Translations under genes and position numbers: made by a program
Source of the DNA: Octopus vulgaris
Taxonomy: Eukaryota
Direction: 5' to 3'
Assembly: GCA_951406725.2 (NCBI GenBank)
Contig: OX597839.1
Span: 37,200,001 to 37,264,000 of the forward strand
DNA: 64,000 nucleotides
In this document: positions 53,441 to 64,000 of the stretch, in pieces
Numbering within the stretch: the stretch's first letter is position 1
Layout: every line of letters begins with the position of its first letter
The notes under the pieces: model-generated
Seen by the model: the letters and a program-made list of their open reading frames with translations, nothing else
Databases searched by the model: none
What the model was told of the DNA's origin: nothing

Positions 53441-54353
53441 CTGGAGTAAGTAAAACAAACATATTGATAATATACACACAAACACACACACATATATATA
53501 TATATATAAATGTTGAATTGAGGTTCATCATCATCATCATCATCATCATCATTTAATGTCTGCATTCCATGCTGGCATGGGTTGGATTGTTTTGACTGAG
53601 GAGTGTCAAGTCAGGAGGCTGCATCTGGCAAGGTTTCTACAGCTGGATGTCCTTCCTAACGCCAACCCCTTTTTACGTGCCACTAGCACAGGGAGCTAGT
53701 CAGGCAGCACTGGCATTGACCATGCTTGAATGGCGCTTTTTGCATGCTACTGGCACAAGAGAGCCACTCAGGCAGCAGTGCTGGCATTGACCATGTTCGT
53801 AAAAGAACCAAGATGCATTGACCGGAATCATTTTAAAACAATCAAAGAAAACAACAGAACATTTACTGAAGGTAGGGGGAAGGTAGGATACAATGGTGAG
53901 AGGAAAGTCAAGATTACAGTAAAATTTGTGTTGACAGGGACTTTGAAGTTTTGCCCAATGGCTTATTAAACATTAAACTGTGAGGTGAAACTTAAAGTCC
54001 CAATCAATACAAATTATATACATATATACACACACAAATCATCATCATCATCATTTAGCGTCCGCTTTCCATGCTAGCATGGGTTGGACGGTGCAACTGG
54101 GGTCTGTGAAGCCAGAAGGCTGCACCAGGCCCAGTCTGATCTGGCAGTGTTTCTACGGCTGGATGCCATTCCTAACACCAACCACTCCTTGAGTGTAGTA
54201 GGTGCTTTTTACGTGCCACCCGCACAGGTGCCAGACGGAGCTGGCAAACGGCCTCGGACGGATGATGCTTTTTACGTGCCACCGGCAAATATATGTATAT
54301 ATTCTTTTATTCTTTTACTTGTTTCAGTCACATCACAGTGATGATCAACTTAC

Positions 54354-54549
54354 CCCGCGATGGTTGCAACCACTCACTCAGTAAGCTGCGTACTTGTTCT
54401 ATTGTCACAGCACCACACAGACTCGCAGCCTGGAAGTGCTTCTCCCTCTCTTTCGCTTCTTTCAGTTCCTTCTCTGTCTTCACCCCTTCCTCTTCCCTCA
54501 CTTCTGTCTTTGTCTGTAGGTGGAGGTGGTCACCATACAGGAACAGGTT
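54354..54549 (-). CDS. REV1: REV1 exon (start of C-terminal polymerase-interaction domain)
   Basis: gtattccag|NLFLYG...FQAASLCGAVTIEQVRSLLSEWLQPSR|gtaag; REV1 CTD motif L.GAV....V..LL.EW. Confidence 0.92.
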
Positions 54550-55123
54550 CTGGAATACAACAACAATTAATAAATAACAACAACAATAACAACAACAACA
54601 ACGACAGTGTGTATAACAATGAAACAATCACAGCTGGTCGCATTGATATATGGATTTATATAGTGGAGGGGGTTGAGTGGAGGGGGTTGAGTGGAGGGGG
54701 GTAATGGAGTGGAGGAATGGGATGGGGGTGGAGGAAGAGTGAGAGAATGGAATGGGGGAGCCAAGCAATGAAATGGAGTAGTGGAGGAATGGAGTAGGGA
54801 AATGCCATGGGAGAAAGAGTGGGGAGTGCAGTGGAGGAAAGGAAAGTGGAACGGAGTGGAGGAATGGAGGGTGGATGGAAGGATGGTATGGAAAAATGAC
54901 ATGGAGGAATGGAGTGAGGAAATGGAACGGAAGAATGGAGTGGTGGATTGGAGTGACAATAGGGAGTAGAGTAACAGAATTGGCAGGGTGGAGGAATAGT
55001 GTAGGGAGAATGGAGTAGGGAATAAGCAGGGAGAGAATAAAGGGGAGAAGGAAAGAGTGAGGAAACAGCAAATCTATTTGATTGCAATTTGATTGATTAA
55101 TCATAAAACTAAAAGTTACTCAC

Positions 55124-55465
55124 TTTTCTGATATTCAATAAATTATTCAAAGATTTTTGAATTTTCTTAGGTCGTCCCTGAGGAACTTTGAAATTAGGGC
55201 TCCTCTTGGCAGGGGACCTCTTTTTTGAAGGTGATCCCTTCTTGGAAGGGGACCTCTTCTTGGTGGGTTTCGTTGATTTTTTTGTGGGTGATTTTTTCGT
55301 GGGTGATTTTTTCAGGTGGCCCCCTTTGGACGGTGACAATAATAACGGTTGCTCCAGCTGGTCATCGGCTTCCATGTTGTTTTTCCTGTTCTGTCGGTCA
55401 GTTATGGCCATCTTCATCTCTTCTTGTATATCCTCTGGCAACGCATTAAAGCAACTCTCATCAAG
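55124..55465 (-). CDS. REV1: REV1 exon (UBM2 + basic SP-repeat region)
   Basis: ggttacag|LDESCFNALPEDIQEEMKMAI...KKSPTKKSPTKK...LLNIRK|gtgagt; 342 nt, phase 0-0. Confidence 0.9.
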
Positions 55466-55703
55466 CTGTAACCAAATAACACAGAATTAATTAATTGGGT
55501 TAACGATTTAACAACGTAGTCTCAATGGAATCCCAAGAAACAACAACTGATCTCTCCACTCAAATCACACTCTCACATTGCGGAAAAGAAGGACATAGAT
55601 AATGTGGGGTGGTCTTTGGGTGAAATGCATTAATGAGGTGGGAGAAAGACAGGATGGTTGTGGCTGAAATGCCTTTTGCATCATGCTAATACTGCTGGGT
55701 TGT

Positions 55704-55995
55704 GGAGGCACATGGCCTAGTGGTTAGAGCAGCGGACTCGTGGTCGAGGGATCGTGGGTTTGAATCTCAGACCGGGCGATGTGTGTGTTTATGAGCGAAA
55801 CACCTAAGCACCATGCAGCTCCGGCAGAAGGTAATGGTAAAGCTTCTGCTGACTCTTTCTCTCACTCTTTCCTCCTGCATCTCGCAGCTCACCTGCGACA
55901 GACCGGTGTCCCGTCCTGGTGGGGAACCTATATACTAAGGAAACCAGGAAACCTGCCCTTATGAGCCAAGCGTGGCTCAAGAAGGAACAAACAAC
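55704..55995 (+). mobile_element. tRNA(Arg)-like SINE family D (representative copy)
   Basis: GGAGGCACATGGCCTAGTGGTTAGAGCAGCGGACTCGTGGTCGAGGGATCGTGGGTTTGAATC head. Related copies at about 59285, 52980(-), 37030 and 50790(-). Confidence 0.7.
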
Positions 55996-56565
55996 AATTC
56001 TGCTGGATTAAAAATGAACAGGGGTTAAACAATGATGGTGATGATGATGATGATGATGATGATGATGAGGAGGAGGAGGAGGAGGAGGAGGTGAAGAAGA
56101 GGAAGAAAAAGAAGAAGAATGGTGGCAGTGACAGTGATGATGATGACACTGACAACAAGGAGGTGAATGAATCTTTTCTACTCTGGGCACAAGGTCTAAA
56201 ATTTTTGAGAGGAAGGGGGCCAGTTGATTAGATCGAACCCCAGTATGCAACTGGTACTTAATTTATCGACCCCCCAAAAGGATGAAAGGCAAAGTCGACC
56301 TCGGTAGAATTAAGGAGGTGAATGAATGAATGAAGAAGGAAGTCAACCCCTGATATGAACCAAGATCAGCTCGTAAAAGGTCCAACCACCACAAGGTATT
56401 TTTGCAAAGATATCCACCAACTCTCTCACTCCATCCACCATTCATACCAAAACCAATACTGATTAAAAACACATGCAAAAAAAAACCCCTTTTCCGCCAC
56501 ACACCCCACACCCATCCCCTTCCTAATAAATGTACCCCTTATGTAGCAAATCATATTTTCCTTAC

Positions 56566-56877
56566 CTGAGATAAATTAGGTAACAATTCCCTTTCAATTT
56601 GGGATAAATTCTGGTTTTCCTTTACTGGTTCCTCCACGCTATCGGTCCCTTGACCATTCTCGTCTGAAATTGTGGTCTCAGACCAATACGAACAGCCTGG
56701 TTGTTCATCGTGGGCCAATGCACCACCGCCACCGCTACCACCACCACCACCACCACTACTACTACTACTACTACCATAAGCAGCAGATGTTTTTCTTTTG
56801 GCCTTCTTTTCCTCGAGAGCAGTTTTAATTTGATTGCAGATGTCATCAGGAAGTTCTTTCAGAACATTCTCGTCAAC
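56566..56877 (-). CDS. REV1: REV1 exon (UBM1)
   Basis: VDENVLKELPDDICNQIK...SSSSSSGGGGGGSGGGG...ELLPNLSQ|gtaag. 312 nt, phase 0-0; ubiquitin-binding motif D..VL..LP.DI. Confidence 0.9.
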
Positions 56878-57002
56878 CTAGATTGAATAAAGAACAGTAG
56901 AATCTTAGTTTAACGCTTATAAGTTATATACTTGCTTTGATCTATTGGATACAATCGTTTTACATGCAAGGAAAAAGATGGGAAGAAAAGGGCCAATATC
57001 GT

Positions 57003-57060
<58 letters not shown>

Positions 57061-58379
57061 TCTCTTTTACTTGTTTCAGTCATTTGATTGCGGCTATGCT
57101 GGAGCACCGCCTTTAGTCGAGCAAATCGACCCCGGGACTTATTCTTTGTAAGCCCAGTACTTATTCTATCGGTCTCTTTTGCTGAACTGCTAACTGACGG
57201 GGACGTAAACACACCACCATCGGTTGTCAAGCAATGCTAGCAGGGCAAACACAGACACACAAACACACACACATACATATATATATATACACATATATAC
57301 GACGGGCTTCTTTCAGTTTCTGTCTACCAAATCCACTCACAAGGCATTGGTCGGCCTGGGGCTATAGCAGAAGACACTTGGCCAAGATGCCACACAGTGG
57401 GACTGAACCCGGAACCATGTGGTTGATTAGCAAGCTACTTACCACACAGCCACTCCTGCGCCTATATAAAACTTTTGCCTTTTACTTTTTGTAGTCATTG
57501 AACTGTAGCCATGCTGGAGCACTACCTTAAAGGGTTTAAGTTTGGTACTTATTTTATCAGTCCCTTTTGCCAAGCTGCTACATTACAAGGACATAAACAA
57601 ACCAACACCAGTTGTGAAGCAGTGGAGGGTTACTGACACACAAGCACACAGTTTCTATTGATCAAATTCACTCACAAGGCATTGGTTGACCCAGGGTTAT
57701 AGCAGAATACCCTTGCCCAAGGTGCCACACAGTGGGACTGAACCCAAAACCATGTGGTTGCAAAGCAAGATTCTTAACCACACAGCCATGACTGCACCTG
57801 TGTGTGTGTGTGTGTGTATATACACATGTATATGTATGTGTGCATATGTGTGTGTCTGTGTGTTGTAAATATACTCAGTGCACATGACCTGGAGGTTAGA
57901 ATGTCTATTTCTTTATTACACACAAGGGGCTAAACACAGAGAGGACAAACAAGGACAGACAAATGGATTAAGTCGATTATATCGACCTCAGTGCATAACT
58001 GGTACTTATTTAATTGACCCCGAAAGGATGAACGGCAAAGTCGACCTCGGCGGAATTTGAACTCAGAACGTAAAGGCAGACGAAATACGGCTACGCATTT
58101 CGCCCAGCGTGCCGCCTGTAGGTTAGAATGTCATGATCATAATCTCAAGATCATGGTTTCAATTCCAGGACTGGGCAACATGTTGTGTTCTTGAGCAGAA
58201 AAATTTCATTTCACATTGCTCTGCGATCACTGACATCTGACACATGGCACAGCGTGAGCCTGTAAAAGCAACGCTGATTTAATGAAGCGAGTGAGCTACA
58301 GTACAGAACAAACATTTGATCACTATAAACAAACGACATGTGCAGGTTGTTGAGAAAAACCCTGCAGAACCCTCGTCCA

Positions 58380-58985
58380 TCGTATATGACAGGAGAGTCC
58401 ATAAAAGTACACCACACAATGTAAATATGATGTACAGCTACATATGTTCAGCGACGTGCAACCAAAAGAATACCCTCCATCAGGCATTTGCCATATTCTG
58501 AACGCCTTACTTCCCTGGCCATGGACACATTGAAACTCCGACGTCTGGCAGCTGACTTGGCAGACACCCATAAAATTATCAACCATCTTACAAACAATAA
58601 CTCTGAGCACCTTTTCAAACTCCACCCATCTAACACCCGTGGACATATTTACAAAGTCAGAAAACAGCACAGCTCCCATGACTTTAGGAAACATTTTTTC
58701 ACGCTGAGAGTTGCCGAAGCATGGAACAAACTGCCGGCATCAGTTGTTAGTTATCGGAGCACTGCATCCTTCAAAACTTCCATGCTTCCTGAGATTCGCC
58801 AACACTACACTTGATTTTCTCCCCTCCATACACACACTCACAAGCATGTATCTGACTCATACACTGTTCACTTCCCAGACATTTGTACATTACTGCATAT
58901 ACTTTATATGCACTTTTGACAAGTTGTGGTGCACCTGAGCACTGTATACAATAATTTCATTATTATCATTATTATTATTATTATC
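58380..58985 (+). mobile_element. CR1-clade LINE 3' end in REV1 intron
   Basis: YSERL..L...TLKLRRLAADL...NTRGH..K......FRKHFFTLRVAEAWNKLP, then 3'UTR and (ATT)n tail. Confidence 0.85.
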
Positions 58986-59083
58986 ATTTGATACTGTTAA
59001 AGGAAAGAAAATACAGTTTATTAGCAGGTCGTTATCACAGATAGTGAGACATTTAACCAAAGAGTTAAGTTGTTGGTAGATAC

Positions 59084-59210
59084 CTGGGAAGGCGATGGAA
59101 GGAAATCTTCTGGTTCACCTGTCACAGCCGGTTTCATCTGGTTCGTTCTGGTGGGACTCAACTGGCTGGGCAACCTGGGCAAGGGAGGTAACTGGCTGCC
59201 GTGATATTGC
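59084..59210 (-). CDS. REV1: REV1 exon
   Basis: ttccttttag|(R)QYHGSQLPPLPRLPSQLSPTRTNQMKPAVTGEPEDFLPSPSQ|gtatct. Phase 2 to 0; PSPSQ precedes UBM1 in REV1. Confidence 0.88.
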
Positions 59211-59687
59211 CTAAAAGGAAAATGTAAAATATCAGATGTGTGTGTGTGTGTGTCACTACCAACAATAACAATAGCAACAGCAGTGGAGGCACAATGGCCC
59301 AATGGTTAGGGCAGCGGACTCGTGGTCGGAGGATTGCGGTTTCGATTCCCAAACCGGGCGTTGTGTGTGTTTATTGAGCGAAAACACCTAAAGCACCATG
59401 AGGCTCTGGCAGGGGGTGGTAGCGATCCCTGTTGCACTCTTTTGCTCCAACTTTCTCTCATTCATACTTCCTGTTTCTTGTCCCCGACTTCCTACGCAAC
59501 TGCTGAGCCTGGGTGCACATTCATCCATCCGTCGATGCTCTCGGTGTTGGGGGTTGACCTGCTTTCTCTTCTTCGGGTCTTATGAATAGCAAAGGACCAC
59601 GTTTCGGACTTCTCCCATCATGCGTGCTTTGGGACGAAGACCGTTTGCTCAACAGCAACAACAACAAAAACAACACCACTGCTACTG

Positions 59688-59724
<37 letters not shown>

Positions 59725-59752
59725 AACTACTGCTACTACTACTACTACTGAC

Positions 59753-60009
59753 CTTAGCAATTCTTCTTTGAAATTAAGAGTTCCAAACTGTTTGACAGGA
59801 ACTGGTCTCATGACTGCGAAGTCACTGTCATCAACTTCGGACTGTGTCTCATTTCCGTTCTGCGTTTGCTGCTGCTGCTCCTCCTCCTCCTTCTGATTTG
59901 GGGTTGGCATCGCTTTGGTGAACTGGAGAATACTTGAGGTCTTTGTAGAGTCGCCAGTGTGGTGTCTGGCTGGTGCCGTGTCTTCGAGGCGTTGGATGGT
60001 TATGCCAAC
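59753..60009 (-). CDS. REV1: REV1 exon
   Basis: ccccctag|VGITIQRLEDTAPARHH...MPTPNQKEEEEQQQQ...NFKEELL(R)|gtcagt. Completes RG|VGI; phase 0 to 2. Confidence 0.85.
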
Positions 60010-60327
60010 CTAGGGGGACAAATACATCAGAGGTTGAAAACAAAACCAACAACAAAACAAAGCAAAAAAAATTATTTCACAACTTAGAAATAACAAATAT
60101 ATCCATTACTCTTTACTCTTTTACTTGTTTCAGTCATTTGACTGCGGCCATGCTGGAGCACCGCCTTTAATCGAGCAACTCGACCCGGGACTTATTTTTT
60201 GTAAGCCCTGTACTTATTCTATCGGTCTCTTTTGCTGAACTGCTAAGTGACGGGGACATAAACACACCAGCATCGGTTGTCAAGCAATACTAGGAGGACA
60301 AACACAGATAGACAAACACACACGCAC

Positions 60328-60360
<33 letters not shown>

Positions 60361-60524
60361 CGACGAGCTTCTTTCAGTTTCCGTCTACCAAATCCACTCA
60401 CAAGGCTTTGGTCGGCCCGAGGCTATAGTAGAAGACACTTGCCCAAGGTGCCACGCAGTGGGACTGAACCCGGATCCATGTGGTTGGTAAACAAGCTACT
60501 TACCACACAGCCATTCCTACGCCT

Positions 60525-60885
60525 ATTTACATTTGATGGATATTTGTCCTCATCTTGTTCGTTGTTAACACAACATTTCGGCTGATATACCCTCCAGCCT
60601 TCTTCAGGTGTCTTGGGGAAATTTCAAACCTGGGTTCTCATTCCTAAGGTATTTTTCAATGTTAACATTATTAATATTATTATTATTCAGGTCACTGCCT
60701 GGAATCAAACTCAGAATCTTGGGGTTAGTAGCCCGTGCTCTTAACCAATACGCCGTATACCTTAGGAATGGGAACCCAGGTTCGAAATTTCCTCAAGACA
60801 CCTGATGAAGGCTGGAGGGTATATCAGCTGAAATGTTGTGCTAACAACAAATAAGATGAGGACAAATATCTGTCAAAATGTAAAT
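60525..60885. mobile_element. fold-back element: inverted hammerhead-bearing arms around a tRNA-like Pol III head
   Basis: Arms at about 60525-60652 and 60757-60885 are inverted copies. The loop 60690-60756 reads GGCGTATTGGTTAAGAGCACGGGCTACTAACCCCAAGATTCTGAGTTTGATTCCAGGCAGTGACC on - (A box, anticodon arm, B box). Confidence 0.7.
60567..60612 (-). ncRNA. minimal hammerhead ribozyme-like motif (left arm of fold-back)
   Basis: Minus strand: GACAC-CTGAAGA-A-GGCTGG-agggtata-TCAGCC-GAA-ATGT-T-GTGTT. An inverted copy lies at 60797-60842 on +. Helix III ATGT is probably decayed from palindromic ACGT. Confidence 0.55.
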
Positions 60886-61838
60886 AATGTACATAATTCA
60901 TCTCATCTCTTAAATATAGAACCGAACAAATATATCATCACCCAAGTGTATGTGTGCGTATATGTATGTGTATGTGTGTATGCATGTGTGTATGTATGCG
61001 TATATGTGTGTGTATGTGTGTGTATATGTGTGTGTATGTGTGTATGCATGTGTACGTATATGTGTGTATGCATGTGTGTATGTATGTGTGCGTATGTGAG
61101 TGTGTATGTATGTGTGCGTATGTTAGTGTGTATGTGTGTATGTATGGATGCATGTAAGTATGCATGCATGCGTGCATGTGAGTGTGTGTGTGTTTGTGTC
61201 TCCTTGTCTTGACATTGTGTGATAGTTGTAAACCAGCATTACTCTCATACAAACAGTGTCATTCGTTTCCAGCATTCTACGAAAATGTTTGGCCAAGGGA
61301 AATGTTACTTTGCTTGGAAACAGGTTTTGACAAGAAGTGAATTTCAGCCACAGATAATCTGCCTCAAAAAACTCTGTCCAACCCATGCAAGCATGGATAA
61401 GTGGATGAGAAAATGATGATGATAATCCTCGGCTTGGTCATGGTTGTGTGTACCAATACTGTATTATATATGCTTTGAAAATGGATGTGAAATATCCAAA
61501 CAACCCTGAATACTTAATGACACATATCAAAGATGGCACTTTGGGTAGGTGTCTTCCACTATAGCCCCAAGCCGACCGGAGCTTTGTGATTGAATTCAGT
61601 AGGTGGAAGTTACTGCCGTGTGTGTGTATGTGTGCGTATAGCTGCTCAGTGCCTCTCCGAAAGAGAGAGAGGGAATGCAGACAATAGAAAAGAAATGTAT
61701 TTTGAGAAAGAGAGAGAGAAGAGGAAGCATCAAGGATAGGAGGGAGAGAGAGAGAGAAAGCATCATGGACAGATGGAGAGAGAGAGAAAGAGTTACAGAT
61801 ACAGAGAAAGAGAGAGAAGGAGAGAGATGTGGACTTAC

Positions 61839-61969
61839 CCCTCGTAGGGAGTTCACAGGTAGATGAAGGGTTTTAAACAACGTCATGCACTCCCTGGCTA
61901 TTCTGGCAGCATTGTCTGTAGCTATGGCAACACTCATAGCCCTACTGATGTTGTTACACAAACCATGGC
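61839..61969 (-). CDS. REV1: REV1 exon (PAD domain)
   Basis: ctttcag|(G)HGLCNNISRAMSVAIATDNAARIARECMTLFKTLHLPVNSLRG|gtaagt; REV1 motif GHG.CDN..R......ATD. Confidence 0.95.
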
Positions 61970-62013
61970 CTGAAAGAGAGGAAGAGAGAAAGAGAATTAC
62001 AGAATCATCATCA

Positions 62014-62383
62014 TCTCTCTCTATATAAACGGCAGTTTGTCTGTGTGTGTGTCTGTGTGTCTGTTAGCTTGTACCCTCACCCTGACCACGGCTTTCAACC
62101 GATTCTGATGAAACTTGACACACACACAGCCCAATGTCATAATTCAAAACTAACGCAGCGAAAATTTTGAAAAGTTCCCCCAGTTCTGAAAAAATCGATA
62201 AATTCGACATAGGGTCGAGAATCAGAAACACAAACCAGACTGTCTAGGGGACGCAACTCGACCCTTTTAACTCTCAAAAAAAATTTACCATCATTTTTTC
62301 GCTATTTTTTGGCTATAACTCTCTAAAAATGCTTTATAGTTATTTCCCTTACAAACCCGAGCAACGCCGGGCGATACTGCTAG
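62014..62383 (+). mobile_element. non-autonomous Helitron
   Basis: A|TC start, internal (GTCT/GT)n, 3' hairpin CCCGAGCAACGCCGGG, CTAG|T end and no TSD. Confidence 0.8.
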
Positions 62384-62641
62384 TCATCTTATATTCCAAC
62401 CTATGCTGGCATGGGTTGGGGAGGTCAACAGGAGCCAATGGATCAGAGGACCACATCTGCCCCAGTGTCTCAGCTTTCACATGGTTTCCATGGCTGGGTG
62501 CCCTTCCTAATGCCAACCACTTTACAGAGTGTAAGGTGGGTGCTTTTATTGTTGTGTCAGCAGCAAGGTTGTAAAATGGAGAGAAGAGAAACTACACCAA
62601 ATTAAACTGGTATGTATTTTATCAACCCAGAAAGTATAAAA

Positions 62642-62848
62642 CAGTGGTTCCCAACGTTTTTGCACTCGCGGCCCCTTACCCAAAAGCTTGAAACCCACGC
62701 GACCCCTACTATCAGCAGAGCATAAAAAATGTAATTGATGAGTTGAAATTAATATTATCCCAAGTCACTCCTAGCAAGGATATGCAACCCACATGCTAAG
62801 GCTTCGTGATCCCCCAGGGGGTCGGAAACCACTGGTTGGGAACCCCTG
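62642..62848. mobile_element. hAT-type MITE
   Basis: TIRs CAGTGGTTCCCAAC / GTTGGGAACCCCTG with a perfect 8-bp TSD GTATAAAA on both sides. Confidence 0.85.
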
Positions 62849-62873
62849 GTATAAAAGAAGTTTATCTCAGCAT

Positions 62874-62904
<31 letters not shown>

Positions 62905-62989
62905 AATAATATGATTATGATGACGCTGGCAATGTTTGATAAGGAAAATGATATATCTAATTGTGCAAACAATGATGACAAGGATAATA

Positions 62990-63740
62990 ACTGGTGATGG
63001 TGATGATGATGATGATGAGGAGGAGGAAGAGGAGGAAGACAGCAATGACGATAAGATAGCTGGTAATTAATCATTATGATAGGGACAAGATTGATGATTG
63101 ATGGTTGCGATGATTGTGGTGATGATGGTGGTGGTGGTGGTGGTGGTGATGATGGTGATGATGATGATGATGATGATGATAACAACAATGGTGGTGATGG
63201 TGATGACAATGATGGAGATGATGGTGATGATGATGATGATAGTGATGATGATGAAGATGATGGTGGTGACAGTGGTGGTGGTGGTGTAGATGATGATGAT
63301 GGTGACGGTGATGATGATGACAATGATGGAGATGATGGTGATGGTGGTGGTGATGATGATGACAATGATGGTGGCAGTGGTGTTGATGATGGTGGTGGTA
63401 ACATCTACTATGATGACAACAACATCAACAACAACGATGAGGATACTGATACTGCTGCTGACCACCCCCACCCCCATTATTCTCAATACAAATCAATGAT
63501 GACCGTCCACTCACCCATATACTTGGCCGTCTCCAAGGGAGCATCTTCCCGTCGTACCATCAACTTCAAGGTTATAGATTTACCCCTTTTGTTCACATTC
63601 TTCAATCTTCTCTCCACTTCTCCAGACAGATTTAACAGGAAATCCTCCATATCACTTTCCTAATAACAACAATAATAATAATAACAATAATAATAACAAC
63701 AACAACAAAATGATAATGATGATGATGGTGATGATGATAA

Positions 63741-63781
<41 letters not shown>

Positions 63782-64000
63782 TAACAACAATAAAATGATA
63801 ATGATGATGATGATGATGGTGATGATAAAATAATAATAATAATAATAACAACAATAAAATGATGATGATGATGATGGTGATGATGATAAAATAATAATAA
63901 TAATAATGATAACAACAATAAAATGATAATGATGATGATGGTGATGATGATAAAATAATAATAATAATAATGATAACAACAATAAAATGATAATGATGAT
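62990..64000. repeat. (GAT/GGT)n and (AAT/GAT)n tracts flanking a REV1 exon
   Basis: Visible directly; explains the D/G-rich and H/I-rich ORFs. Confidence 0.9.
63515..63659 (-). CDS. REV1: DNA repair protein REV1, exon (little-finger/PAD domain)
   Basis: ESDMEDFLLNLSGEVERRLKNVNKRGKSITLKLMVRREDAPLETAKYM(G)|gtgag matches the REV1 pattern FL..LS.E..RRL....KGK..TLK.MVR...AP.ETAK. Upstream exons lie beyond the window. Confidence 0.95.

Noticed and set aside
55704-55780. tRNA-like sequences (also 59285, 60690, 37030)
   Set aside because: Acceptor stems are imperfect and each runs into repeat body sequence, so they are SINE heads and not functional tRNA genes.
59521-59752. Poly-Val 'transmembrane' extension of a REV1 ORF
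   Set aside because: It is an intronic (AGT)n microsatellite after the AG|GTCAGT donor at 59753, and the next exon is phase-compatible with that donor.
63076-63663. 195-aa Asp/Gly-rich ORF resembling an acidic matrix protein
   Set aside because: It is a (GAT/GGT)n microsatellite in a REV1 intron, and its end is antisense to a REV1 exon.

Overview
Eukaryotic, AT-rich, repeat-dense DNA. The SINE families and microsatellites look like a coleoid cephalopod, probably Octopus; this is an inference from repeat content. Most ORFs in the track are artefacts of microsatellites or SINEs. Three spliced genes can be rebuilt by hand with GT-AG junctions. (1) A complete 4-exon p24/TMED (GOLD-domain, gamma-subfamily) gene on + (about 13167-22624). 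(2) An uncharacterised gene on - (34389 to about 43964) encoding a probable type II membrane protein with an EGF-like module followed by one domain resembling the betaglycan/endoglin orphan domain, with no ZP domain; one junction is out of phase. (3) The nine 3'-most exons of translesion polymerase REV1 on - (52500-63659), with the 5' part beyond the window. The rest is tRNA-derived SINEs (at least four families), LINE remnants (R4/Dong, Hero-like, RTE, CR1), non-autonomous Helitrons, a Tigger derivative, a hAT MITE and fold-back palindromes. The most notable hidden signals are the orphan-domain protein and three different Penelope-type minimal hammerhead ribozymes. One has a compensatory U3-A8 core and sits inside a 142-bp fold-back, and one lies directly downstream of a tRNA-like Pol III head.
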